This document shows, one piece after another, positions 1 to 8,710 of a stretch of 64,000 bases of DNA (position 1 is the stretch's first letter; the number at the start of each line of letters is the position of its first letter). Source of the DNA: Chloroflexota bacterium. GTDB lineage: Bacteria > Chloroflexota > Limnocylindria > Limnocylindrales > CSP1-4. Under the pieces are notes generated by a model. That model saw only the letters and a list, made by a program, of their open reading frames with translations, did no database searches and was not told where the DNA came from. The translations under genes and the position numbers were made by a program. The stretch lies in contig CAKKPP010000004.1 in NCBI GenBank assembly GCA_919901745.1, positions 121,818 through 185,817 on the forward strand, in the 5' to 3' direction.

Positions 1-1
1 A

Positions 2-340
2 CGGCTCGAGCGTTCGAAGAAGATCCCGCCCCTCGATGACACACCGGTCTGGGCGATCGTCTGTTTCGCCGTGTCCGTATCGGCGCGTGGGCAGGGGGTG
101 GGAAGGGCGCTCCTCGAAGCGGCCGTCGCCCACGCCGCGGATCGTGGCGCCACGACGCTCGAGGCCTACCCGGCGGACGTTCCGGCCGGAGACCGGATCC
201 ATCCAGATGCCGCGTTCGGCGGGACGCGGGCGATGTTCGAGGCGGCCGGGTTCAGCATGGTCGCGTCGACGGCCTCCAGGGTCGGGGGCGCGCCACGGGT
301 GATTGTTCGGCGCGAACTCGGCGCGGCACCCACGGCATGA
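2..340 (+). CDS. GNAT family N-acetyltransferase, C-terminal fragment (gene begins upstream of window)
   Basis: Open frame runs from the window edge with no stop. It contains GNAT motif A (ARGQGVGRALLEAAVAHAADRGATTLEAY). Stop at 338-340. Confidence 0.7.
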   Translation, partial: RLERSKKIPPLDDTPVWAIVCFAVSVSARGQGVGRALLEAAVAHAADRGATTLEAYPADVPAGDRIHPDAAFGGTRAMFEAAGFSMVASTASRVGGAPRVIVRRELGAAPTA

Positions 341-374
341 CAGGGCGGCCACCTTTCCATCCCGCCAGCGGCTC

Positions 375-1232
375 ATGAGCAAGTCGGAATCCCGCGCCGA
401 GGCCGACGCCTTCAGGCTCCGTCGGATGGCCTTGTTCCCGAGCGTGTTCCTGGCGGGTCTGGGCCTGGCTTTCATGGTCCCAGCCCTGCAGGGGCGGCCG
501 GTCATCGCGCCGATCGTCGTAGGCTTGCTCGCGACGAGTTTGGTGCTCGTCGTTCTGGTCCGGCGCAGCGTCCTCAGGATGGATGAAGGCGCCGTGAGCG
601 TGCGCTTCTTGTCCATCCGCTCGACGACGGTTTTCTGGCAAACCGTGACTGCGGCGACCTACCAGATGTCCTTCCCCAGCATCAGCTTCGGGATTCACCT
701 CCGTGACGCAGGCGGGCGGCGGGTTGTGATCCACGCCGGTTGGTGGGAGCGTGAGGAGACGATCTTCACCAAGGTGGCGCGGCGGCTGCTGGAATTGCAG
801 ATCCCGATGGACGAGGCGACGGCTCTCATCGTTTCAAGGGCCACCGGGGCCCCGGCCCCGCCAGCCCAGATCGAGCACCGACCGCTCCTGCGTTCGGCTG
901 AGCACGCCCGCCCTTCAAGCGATCTTCGGGGAGCGAGCCTCCTAGTCGCGCTTGGAGTCGTCGGGCTCGTGCTGGGGTTGGCGACCGCTTCGCGAGGCGA
1001 GAGTGTTCCGTTGTTCCTTGTGTTTGTAATCGTTGGCGTATTGGTAGCCGTCCTATCGAGACCCAGGGATGATGTGTCGAGCCGTCCGTCCCGGATCCTA
1101 TTACAAGCCGGTCTCCTCATCGGGCCGGCGGCTATCCTGTCAGCGCTCTGGGGATCGGCCGGGAGCGGCTACGTCTTGGGGTTCGTGGCCGGACTGGCCC
1201 GAGCGCTACGCGGCCGTTCAAATGCGCCTTGA
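375..1232 (+). CDS. Hypothetical multi-pass membrane protein
   Basis: ORF 303..1232. The first ATG after the upstream stop is at 375 (MSKSESR). There are several hydrophobic stretches (LFPSVFLAGLGLAFMV, IVVGLLATSLVLVVLV, LLVALGVVGLVLGLA, LFLVFVIVGVLVAVL). No recognisable catalytic motif. Confidence 0.5.
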   Translation: MSKSESRAEADAFRLRRMALFPSVFLAGLGLAFMVPALQGRPVIAPIVVGLLATSLVLVVLVRRSVLRMDEGAVSVRFLSIRSTTVFWQTVTAATYQMSFPSISFGIHLRDAGGRRVVIHAGWWEREETIFTKVARRLLELQIPMDEATALIVSRATGAPAPPAQIEHRPLLRSAEHARPSSDLRGASLLVALGVVGLVLGLATASRGESVPLFLVFVIVGVLVAVLSRPRDDVSSRPSRILLQAGLLIGPAAILSALWGSAGSGYVLGFVAGLARALRGRSNAP

Positions 1233-2151
1233 GAGGACGGCCTCCGCGAAACGCTTCAGGTGATTGGGTCGGTTCAGAATCGATCGGCCTTTAGCGTCGA
1301 TCTGCGGCGCGGTGGCCTCGGAATCGAATAGCTGATAAGTGTGCCCACAACTCATCGTCCGGCCGATCTTGAGACGACTTCCGTTCCATATCTGTGCTCC
1401 TGCGGCGTGATCGGGAGCAAACCCCGAGGGCGCTCGCGCGCGCCCGCTCTCAGGATAGGATCCGGAAGCGCTCCCCGGCCGGACGATGTTCGATCCCAGT
1501 GGCTGAATTGGGATCCGAGCCCTCACGTCCGCGCTCGCTGCCGAGCATACCAACGCTCGGATTCCCAAAGCATTGCTCCTCCTCGCAGGGACGATTCGGA
1601 GGATAGGACACCGAACGCTGATCGTCGAGGTTCCGATCGTCATTGCACTCGTCGGCAGCGAGCTCGTGATTCTGATGTTCCTTCTTCACCCGCAATCGAC
1701 GATTCCAGTCCGACTCGTCGCAGCAGCTGAACTGCTGGCCGCGGGCGCATGGCTCGTGTATCTCCGAGGGCTGATATCAAGCGAGGGATAGGGCGGCGTC
1801 GACACGGAGATCCAGGTGAACAGCCCTCCCCGCATGTCTCGCCCGGACTGGTCAGGAAGGGCACGTGGTGCAGGGTGTCCGCTCTCAACCCTCGCGGCCG
1901 TGTCTGGCAGTCAACAGGACGTGGCACAGACGCTCGTTCGGGACCTGGAAGATCGCGTTTGAAGCACCTCGGGCACCTTCAAGCCACCATTGATGACTCA
2001 GGGTCACGGATCTCCTGTCGACGGTCGATCATCCGTGCACCGCCCTGCCCTGTCGGAGCGCGTGGAGCCGCACCTGTTGACTCGCAGTCACGGCGTGCGC
2101 CCAGCAGCGCGCCATGGTCTCGGCCTCACGCCACTGTCGGCATGCCGACGA

Positions 2152-2181
2152 TTGACATCGGCTTGGCCGAAGTTCTACACT
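2152..2181 (+). promoter_or_regulatory. Sigma70-like promoter (TTGACA - 18 nt - TACACT)
   Basis: TTGACA at 2152-2157 and TACACT at 2176-2181 (TAnnnT). Such a near-consensus promoter is unusual in this GC-rich context. It lies 57 nt upstream of a sORF with a strong RBS. Confidence 0.45.
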
Positions 2182-2237
2182 CCGCCACTGGTGCGGGTTC
2201 CGCGCCGTCTGTCCATCTCAGAGGAGGGCGACTCCGA

Positions 2238-2321
2238 ATGAGCAAGCTCGTCTACGCGCGACACACGACGGCGCCTTTCAGCGCCGCCGATCGCGGGAGA
2301 TCTGCGCCCATCTCGAGGTGA
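2238..2321 (+). CDS. 27-aa leader-type small ORF (MSKLVYARHTTAPFSAADRGRSAPISR)
   Basis: ATG at 2238 is preceded by GAGGAGGG (2221-2228, 9-nt spacing). It sits downstream of the candidate promoter and upstream of an intrinsic terminator and an ABC operon. It is the last 27 codons of track ORF 1749..2321. Confidence 0.4.
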   Translation: MSKLVYARHTTAPFSAADRGRSAPISR

Positions 2322-2359
2322 CGGAACGGCGGTAGAACCGCCACCGAACGAACCACGAG

Positions 2360-2389
2360 CCGTGGGCCAGACGGGCCCCGGCTTTTTTG
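2360..2389 (+). terminator. Rho-independent terminator / attenuator hairpin
   Basis: The sequence ccgTgggcc-agacg-ggcccCgg forms a roughly 8-bp GC stem with one bulge, followed by c + TTTTTT (2384-2389). A second small hairpin ggcgg-tagaa-ccgcc sits at 2329-2343. It lies between the sORF stop (2321) and the ABC ATPase start (2525). Confidence 0.5.
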
Positions 2390-2524
2390 ATGCCCTGCCG
2401 CCCGACGACGCGCGAGGCATCCCAGAGCCGTGAGCCCACCCGACGCGACGCGTCAACGGGCCCGCGGCTCTTGCCGTTTCGGGAGTCCGGACCAATCAGC
2501 CAGCAACCACCAGGAGCACACGAC

Positions 2525-3457
2525 GTGACCGCCACCACCACCAGACAATCGAAGAAGGATCGCTGGGACCGTCACGCCTCGCGCGTGACCGAACCCCGGG
2601 AATCCTGGGGACCGTCGGCGCAGCTTGCCGCGACCGATACCGATCCGACTCCGCCCGCCCTCCTCGTCGAGGGCGTGACGAAGCGGTTCGCGGTCGGGCG
2701 CAAGAAGAAGCCGGTGACGGCAATCTCGAACGTCTCGCTGCGCCTCGAACGCGGCGGGATCGTCGGGATCCTGGGTGCCAACGGTTCGGGCAAGTCGACG
2801 CTCATCCGGCTGATGTGCGGCCTGCTCACGCTCGACGAGGGTCGGGTCGAGGTCTTCGGCCACGACATCGTCCGCGATGAGCTCGCCGTCAAGCGCCTGA
2901 TCAATCGGGTGTCCGTCGATGCTGCGTTCTTCAAGAAGCTCAGCCCCATGGAGAACCTGCTCTTCGCAGCCCGGCTGTACGGCCTGGACGCGGGGACGGC
3001 CCGCGGAGACGCGGTGGCGATCCTCGGGCGCCTGGGCATCGCCGAGAGGCGGGTCAATCGACCCGTGGAGCAGATGAGCCGGGGGATGCAGCAGAAGGTC
3101 GCGATCGCGCGAGCCCTGCTGACGAGCCCGTCACTGCTCCTTCTCGACGAACCCACGACCGGCCTGGACCCGCGCAGCAAGCTCGACGTCCAGGCGTTCA
3201 TCGAGGAGATCCGCGACGACCACGACGCATCCATCGTCCTGACGACCCACGACCTCGACGAGGCGGAACGGCTGTGTGGCCGGATCACGATCCTCGCCGA
3301 CGGGAAGGTGGTCGCCGAGGACTCGCCGGACGGCCTGAAGCGACTCGTTGCCGAGCGCCACGGCCAGGAGCCGACGCTCCACAACGTGTTCATGACCTAT
3401 ACCGGCCGCTCCCTCGACGACGACGTCGAGGAGGACGGCTCCAAGGACGACGAATGA
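2525..3457 (+). CDS. ABC transporter ATP-binding protein (ABC-2/DrrA-like exporter ATPase)
   Basis: Walker A GANGSGKST, Q-loop, ABC signature MSRGMQQKV, Walker B LLLLDEPTTGLD, H-loop LTTHD. I chose GTG 2525 with AGGAGC at 2512-2517. ATG 2387 would add a 46-aa Arg/Pro-rich extension overlapping the terminator. Confidence 0.85.
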   Translation: MTATTTRQSKKDRWDRHASRVTEPRESWGPSAQLAATDTDPTPPALLVEGVTKRFAVGRKKKPVTAISNVSLRLERGGIVGILGANGSGKSTLIRLMCGLLTLDEGRVEVFGHDIVRDELAVKRLINRVSVDAAFFKKLSPMENLLFAARLYGLDAGTARGDAVAILGRLGIAERRVNRPVEQMSRGMQQKVAIARALLTSPSLLLLDEPTTGLDPRSKLDVQAFIEEIRDDHDASIVLTTHDLDEAERLCGRITILADGKVVAEDSPDGLKRLVAERHGQEPTLHNVFMTYTGRSLDDDVEEDGSKDDE

Positions 3458-3492
3458 CCGCTCCGAATCCAGGACGAAAGGAGGTGAACAAC

Positions 3493-3711
3493 ATGGAACA
3501 CCTGGCCCAACTGCGCCTGCAGCGTGCGCAGGACCACATCGCCCGCGCCCATCGCGCGGCCGCCGACGAGCGCCTCGCGCGCCTCGCTCTGCCGGCCGGC
3601 GAGGACCGCTCGCGAGCCATCCGCAGGTCGCTCGGCCGCCGCTTCATCTCGATCGGCGAACGACTGGCCCTCGAGCCCGAGCCAGGGCTTCGGCCGGCCC
3701 GGTCCCGCTGA
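3493..3711 (+). CDS. Hypothetical 72-aa small protein between ABC ATPase and permease
   Basis: ATG 3493 is preceded by a perfect SD AAGGAGGTG (7-nt spacing), 36 nt after the ATPase stop. The protein is Arg/Ala-rich and probably helical. It ends 38 nt before the permease GTG. Composition alone cannot separate it from high-GC noise, so the RBS is the main support. Confidence 0.35.
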   Translation: MEHLAQLRLQRAQDHIARAHRAAADERLARLALPAGEDRSRAIRRSLGRRFISIGERLALEPEPGLRPARSR

Positions 3712-3748
3712 GGGACCGAGCCGGCCACCACAGACCAAGGAGATCACC

Positions 3749-4552
3749 GTGACTCTCGTCGCCCATGAGCTGAAGGCGAGCTACGCCTTCATCGAGCGCA
3801 ACTTCAACCTCACCCGCCGGTACTGGGGCTGGGAAGTCGCCTTCCTGGTCTATTCCGTCGCGGGCGCTCTCTCGATCTCGCTCATCGGTGCCGACCAGGG
3901 CAGCCCCACGCTGCTCCTGACCCTGATGGTCGGGGCGATCTTCTGGAACTACCTGTCGGTCGTGTTCAGCTGGATCGCCGAGACGATCGCCGTCGAGCGC
4001 TGGGAGGGCACGCTCGAATACACGATGATGGCGCCCGTGCGACGCTGGGCCCAGCTGCTGGGCTCGGTGTCGTACGCGATGGTCTACGGCCTGATCCACA
4101 CGGCCGTGATCCTCGTGGCGCTCATCCTGTTCTTCCCGCAGCTCGAGGTCGCCAACGCGAACCCCGCGACGGTGATCGCGTTCATGGTCCTGGGCTCGTT
4201 CAGCTTCGTCGGGATCGGGATGATCGCCGCGATCCTGCCGCTTCTCTACGTGGAGCGTGGAGCCCAGATGACGTTTGTCCTGCAATCGGTCCTGCTGCTC
4301 GTCAGCGGGGTCTACTACTCGATCGACGTCCTGCCCGGCTGGATGCAGGTGCTCTCACACCTGTCGCCGGCGACGTACGTCCTCGAGGGCGTCCGGGCCG
4401 GGCTCATCGAGGGGATCGGCGTCGACGCGCTGCTCGGCGATGTCTGGCCGCTGCTCGTCATGGGCGCGGTCCTCATCCCGTTCGGCCTGTGGGCCTTCGG
4501 GAAGGCCGAGCGCTACGCCAAGCGCACCGGCAAGTTGAAGAGAGTCGGATGA
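3749..4552 (+). CDS. ABC-2 type transporter permease
   Basis: GTG 3749 with AAGGAGA RBS. About 6 predicted TM helices with ABC-2 family layout (YWGWEVAFLVYSVAG, LLLTLMVGAIFWNYL, MVLGSFSFVGIGMIAA, LLLVSGVYYSIDVLPGW). It ends 4 nt before the next ATG. Confidence 0.8.
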   Translation: MTLVAHELKASYAFIERNFNLTRRYWGWEVAFLVYSVAGALSISLIGADQGSPTLLLTLMVGAIFWNYLSVVFSWIAETIAVERWEGTLEYTMMAPVRRWAQLLGSVSYAMVYGLIHTAVILVALILFFPQLEVANANPATVIAFMVLGSFSFVGIGMIAAILPLLYVERGAQMTFVLQSVLLLVSGVYYSIDVLPGWMQVLSHLSPATYVLEGVRAGLIEGIGVDALLGDVWPLLVMGAVLIPFGLWAFGKAERYAKRTGKLKRVG

Positions 4553-4556
4553 CGAG

Positions 4557-5960
4557 ATGAACGAAGTCACGACGTCGGATCGAACACGATCGAAGATCGA
4601 GCGCTACCTCGAGGGGCAGCGCTACTTCGACCTGGGTGTCGGATGGGACGCGGTCGTCGGACATGATCACGCGAAGCGCGAGCTGAACGTGATCGTGGAG
4701 TCCCTCCGCCGGCGGGATATCGCCGAACAGCTCGGGATCCCACTCGTGAAGGGTGTGCTGATCACCGGGCCGTCCGGGACTGGGAAGACCCTCCTCGCGC
4801 GCGCCTTCGCCGGTGCGCTCGAGCGCGCGGTCTATGTCCTGTCCGCAGCCGAGCTGTCGCCGCGCCGCATCGCGCGCACTTACGAGGTGCTGGCGGACAC
4901 GCCGTGCGTCATCGTCATCGACGAGATCGACCTCATCGCGCGGCGGAGCTATGGGCGCCAGCCGCGATCGCGGACCGTCGGGGCGCTGTGTGTCGCCCTC
5001 GACGGGCTGGTCCCGATCACCGGACCGGTGACGCTCGGGCTGACCGCGGGTGACCCTGAGGACCTCGATCCGTCGATCATTCGGAGTGGGCGGCTGACCA
5101 CGAAGATCGTTCTGAAAGAACCGGATCGGGCCGAACGCCTCGTTCTGTGGCGTCGCGCTCTTGAGCGGATCGCCTCGGAGGGCGATCTCGGACTGGCTGA
5201 CGCAGCGGATCGCTCGCAGGGGATGACCGGGGCCGATATCGTTGCGACCGCGCTCGCGGCTGCCGGGCTTGCCCTCGCCGACGGGCGGACGACGCTCGAT
5301 CGGGCCCACCTCGAGGAGGCCATCGAACGGCGCGGATTCGTGCGCCGCCGGGCCGCCCACGACGATCGGATCCGGCGCGCCACCGCGCTCCACGAGGCCG
5401 GGCACGCGGTCGTTGCCTTCCTGGCACTCGGAGCAGATGCCCTCAACGACGTGGCGGTCTCGGTATCGGTCGCGGGGTCTGGTCACACGGCACTGCGCAC
5501 CGAGTGGTCGGACGCGCACGGGTTCAGCGGGCGGTTGTGGCGGCTGCGGGTCCAGCTGAGCCTCGCCGGCCTCGTGGCCGAGGAGGCCTTCAATCAGCCG
5601 GACGGACTGACCATGGGGTCCCAGGCCGACATCAATGACGCGACCGGGCTGATCCTCGTAGCCGCCGAACACGGCCTGCTTGGCTGGACGGCACTGGCAT
5701 CACCGACCCGTATGGAGCGCGGACCCAACCCGGAGTCGTACGACGACCACGGGTCGCCTCAGATGCGCGACGAACTCTGGTTGGCGGTGAAGCGCGAACT
5801 CGACGAGGCACATGCGGCATGCCGCGCGACCCTCGAGCCGTACCGCTCCGCAGTGGAAGCGCTCGCCGAACGGGTTCTGCTCGAGGGAACGCTGTCGGGT
5901 GTCGCCCTGGCCGTCGCCCTGCGGGCGACCGGTATCCCGGAGGGCTCGGACGATGTCTGA
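4557..5960 (+). CDS. Soluble FtsH-like AAA+ ATPase / M41 zinc metalloprotease (no transmembrane segment)
   Basis: Walker A GPSGTGKT, Walker B VIVIDEID, second region of homology LDPSIIRSGRL. M41 zinc motif HEAGHAVVAF, plus an FtsH-like distal segment LAGLVAEEAFNQ...MGSQADINDATGLI. There is no N-terminal hydrophobic region. Confidence 0.8.
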   Translation: MNEVTTSDRTRSKIERYLEGQRYFDLGVGWDAVVGHDHAKRELNVIVESLRRRDIAEQLGIPLVKGVLITGPSGTGKTLLARAFAGALERAVYVLSAAELSPRRIARTYEVLADTPCVIVIDEIDLIARRSYGRQPRSRTVGALCVALDGLVPITGPVTLGLTAGDPEDLDPSIIRSGRLTTKIVLKEPDRAERLVLWRRALERIASEGDLGLADAADRSQGMTGADIVATALAAAGLALADGRTTLDRAHLEEAIERRGFVRRRAAHDDRIRRATALHEAGHAVVAFLALGADALNDVAVSVSVAGSGHTALRTEWSDAHGFSGRLWRLRVQLSLAGLVAEEAFNQPDGLTMGSQADINDATGLILVAAEHGLLGWTALASPTRMERGPNPESYDDHGSPQMRDELWLAVKRELDEAHAACRATLEPYRSAVEALAERVLLEGTLSGVALAVALRATGIPEGSDDV

Positions 5961-7041
5961 CCTCGAGGCCTTCGGCTGGGACGACGGGCACGCAGCCGCC
6001 TTCGCCGGGCTCGTCTCGAACGGGTCGAGCGGCGCGAGGCGGGAACCTGGCCGGGTCGTCGTCGAGGAACGCGGCCAGTATCTCGTTCGAACCGCGCTCG
6101 ACGAATCCCCCGCGGAGATCAGCGGCCGGTTCAGGTTCGGCGTCACGGAGACCGCCGACTTCCCGGCGGTGGGTGACTGGGTCGTCCTCGAGCGAGCAGG
6201 GCGCACAGCGGTCATCCATGCAACGCTCCCCCGCCGGACGGCGCTCGTCCGGCGGACACCCGGGGATCGAGACTCATCGGGTCAGGTCCTCGCTGCAAAC
6301 ATCGATCTCGTGTTCGTGGTCACGTCGATGGACGGTGACCTCAACCTGCGCCGGCTCGAACGGTTCCTGGCCGTCGCCTGGGAATCCGGCGCGCAACCGA
6401 TCGTGGTGCTGTCCAAGGAAGACGTCGCGGCCGATCCCCGCGGGGCCCAGCTGGCCGTCGACGCGATCGCCCAGGGCGTCCCCATCCTGTCGGTCAGCGC
6501 GCTCCGAGGCTCCGGGATGGACGCGATCCGCGAGCGCCTGCTCGACCGCCAGACGGTCGCCGTCGTCGGCTCATCGGGCGTCGGCAAGTCGACCCTCATC
6601 AACGTCCTGCTCGGCGAGGCGTTGCTCGACACCGGTGGCGTCCGCGAGGACGACTCAAGGGGGCGCCACACGACGACGCGACGCCATCTGCTGCGGCTGT
6701 CACGCGGCCTGATCATCGATACACCCGGGATGCGCGAGCTGGGTCTCGCGGACGAGGGCGGCCTCGACCGCGCCTTCGACGACATCGCCGCGCTCGCCGC
6801 CGACTGTCGGTTCACCGATTGCGCCCATCGGTCCGAGCCGGGCTGCGCCGTGCGGCTGGCCATCGACCATGGCGCCCTCACCGAGGAACGCCTCGAGGCC
6901 CACCAGAAGCTGGAACAGGAAGGCGCCCACCAGGCTCGCCGGCACGACGCGCTCGCGCGCATCGCGGAGCGCAAGAAGTGGAAACAGATCGGTGCGGCGA
7001 CCTCGCGACACATGCGGGAGAAGTACGGAGACGACCGATGA
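5953..7041 (+). CDS. rsgA: Ribosome small-subunit-dependent GTPase A (RsgA/YjeQ/EngC)
   Basis: Circularly permuted GTPase: G4 (VLSKED) precedes G1 (VVGSSGVGKSTLIN). C-terminal zinc finger CRFTDCAHRSEPGC. ATG 5953 overlaps the upstream stop by 8 nt. Confidence 0.85.
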   Translation: MSDLEAFGWDDGHAAAFAGLVSNGSSGARREPGRVVVEERGQYLVRTALDESPAEISGRFRFGVTETADFPAVGDWVVLERAGRTAVIHATLPRRTALVRRTPGDRDSSGQVLAANIDLVFVVTSMDGDLNLRRLERFLAVAWESGAQPIVVLSKEDVAADPRGAQLAVDAIAQGVPILSVSALRGSGMDAIRERLLDRQTVAVVGSSGVGKSTLINVLLGEALLDTGGVREDDSRGRHTTTRRHLLRLSRGLIIDTPGMRELGLADEGGLDRAFDDIAALAADCRFTDCAHRSEPGCAVRLAIDHGALTEERLEAHQKLEQEGAHQARRHDALARIAERKKWKQIGAATSRHMREKYGDDR

Positions 7042-8030
7042 CCCGACGAGCAACCGAGGGTGCGCCGGATATCGACGGCTTCGTGTTTCGACGGTTCGCC
7101 CCAGAGCACGATTACCCGGGCATCACCGCGGTCCTGCAGGCTCAGATGTTGGCCGACCACGTCTCCTACCTTCCGACCGAGGCCTCGATCCGCAACGACT
7201 ACGACAACATGGCCGGATTCGATGCGAGACGCGATGCCATCGTCGCCGAGGTCGGCGGCCGGATCGTCGCGATGGGCGCGGTCATCCGCTCCATCCGGGA
7301 TGGCGCGACGCAGTTCACCCTCGATGCCGCCGTGCACCCGGAATGGCGTCGACGACGGATCGGCACGGCCATCCTGCGCTGGCAGGAGGCGCGGGCGCAG
7401 GAGCGCCTCGATGAGGAGCCGGCAGACGGCAACGTCGCGCTGATGAGCTGGATCGACGACACCCAGGTCGGGGCACTTGCGCTCCTGGCCAACGCCGGCT
7501 ATCGGCAGGTCCGCTATGGCTTCATGATGCTGCGCGATCTCGCCGACGCGATCCCCGACGTCAGTCTCCCGGCGCCGCTCGAGATTCGGCCGGTCCGCGA
7601 GGAGGACCACCGACGCATCTTCGAGGCCGAAAATGAGGCGTTCCGCGACCACTGGAACCACCGCGAGCAGGAGGAAGTCGACTTCGTCAGGACCTTCGCG
7701 CAGCCCGACATCGACACATCCCTCTGGCGGATCGCGTGGGACGGAGACGAGGTCGCGTCGGTCGTCATGAACTGCATCTACCCGGAGGAGAACGAGGGCC
7801 TCGGCGTGCGGCGCGGCTGGCTCGATCGCATCTCGACCCGGCGTCCGTGGCGGCGACGCGGCGTCGCCTCCGCACTCATCGTGTCGTCGTTCCAGGCCTT
7901 CCGCGAGCGCGGAATGACGGACGCTGCGCTCGGGGTGGACTCGGAAAACCCGAATGGCGCCCTTGGGCTGTACGTGGGCCTCGGTTTCCGCCGTCACCAG
8001 ACGGGGATCGCCCACCGAAAGGAGCTGTAG
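7038..8030 (+). CDS. Tandem-GNAT N-acetyltransferase (MshD-like two-domain architecture)
   Basis: Two GNAT cores (RRRRIGTAILRWQE... and RRRGVASALIVSSFQAFRERG...). The ATGA overlaps the rsgA stop. Length and domain order resemble mycothiol synthase, but substrate is not assignable. Confidence 0.7.
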   Translation: MTRRATEGAPDIDGFVFRRFAPEHDYPGITAVLQAQMLADHVSYLPTEASIRNDYDNMAGFDARRDAIVAEVGGRIVAMGAVIRSIRDGATQFTLDAAVHPEWRRRRIGTAILRWQEARAQERLDEEPADGNVALMSWIDDTQVGALALLANAGYRQVRYGFMMLRDLADAIPDVSLPAPLEIRPVREEDHRRIFEAENEAFRDHWNHREQEEVDFVRTFAQPDIDTSLWRIAWDGDEVASVVMNCIYPEENEGLGVRRGWLDRISTRRPWRRRGVASALIVSSFQAFRERGMTDAALGVDSENPNGALGLYVGLGFRRHQTGIAHRKEL

Positions 8031-8043
8031 CGACTCCCGGCCG

Positions 8044-8682
8044 TCAGGCCAGCAGCCGACCCGACTGGCGAACCAGCTCCATCCATGGGCGCTCGCGGCC
8101 GATCGTCGTCGTCGCGCCGTGGCCCGGGAGAACGGTCGTGCCGTCCGGAAGCGCAGTCAGGCGCACCAGCGACTCCGCCATCAGCTGGGCGTCGCCGCCG
8201 GGCAGGTCAACCCTCCCCCATCCCCCGGCGAACAGCGTGTCGCCGCTGAACAGGAGCGCCTCGTCATCGCTGAGCAGGCAGACCGAACCCTCGGTGTGAC
8301 CGGGCGTATGCATGACGCGCAGCCGGATGGACCCGAAGCGGACCTCGCCACCCTCGGCCAGTTCCACGGCCGGAACGCACGGCGGGATCTCGAAGGGCGC
8401 CCACAGCGCTTGGGGGTCCGTGAGTCGATGCCAGTCCAGTGGATGTGCCGCGATCTGCGCGCCGGTGTGCTCGGCCACCGCAGCGTTGTCCCCGGTGTGA
8501 TCCCAGTGCCCGTGCGTCGTCACGATGAGCTTCAACGTCCAGTCGCGCGACACGAGCTCATCGCGGATCCAGGCGAGCGACGGGATCGCCGTATCGACGG
8601 CGATGGCCTCGCGCGTTCGTTCGTCGGCGAGCAGGTGGACGTTCGTCGCGATCGGCCCGACGACCCGGCTCAGGCGCTGCAT
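8044..8682 (-). CDS. MBL-fold metallo-hydrolase (glyoxalase II-like)
   Basis: HxHxDH motif TTHGHWDHTG, plus downstream His/Asp ligands (HTPGHTEGS, GDTLF, PGHG). Start taken as ATG 8682 (MQRLSRV), just after the coxG stop. The track ORF extends to 8898 over coxG in another frame. Confidence 0.75.
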   Translation of the reverse strand: MQRLSRVVGPIATNVHLLADERTREAIAVDTAIPSLAWIRDELVSRDWTLKLIVTTHGHWDHTGDNAAVAEHTGAQIAAHPLDWHRLTDPQALWAPFEIPPCVPAVELAEGGEVRFGSIRLRVMHTPGHTEGSVCLLSDDEALLFSGDTLFAGGWGRVDLPGGDAQLMAESLVRLTALPDGTTVLPGHGATTTIGRERPWMELVRQSGRLLA

Positions 8683-8710
8683 GCGGAGCGTGTGGCTGTG
8701 CGGCCGTGCG

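Noticed and set aside
1749-2237. Upstream 163 codons of ORF 1749..2321
   Set aside because: Arg/Pro/Gly-rich with no RBS. Only the terminal 27 codons have promoter and SD support.
2387-2524. 46-aa N-terminal extension of the ABC ATPase from ATG 2387
   Set aside because: It would begin inside or just after the terminator T-tract with no RBS. It is Arg/Pro/Ser-rich. GTG 2525 has an AGGAGC RBS and gives a standard NBD length.
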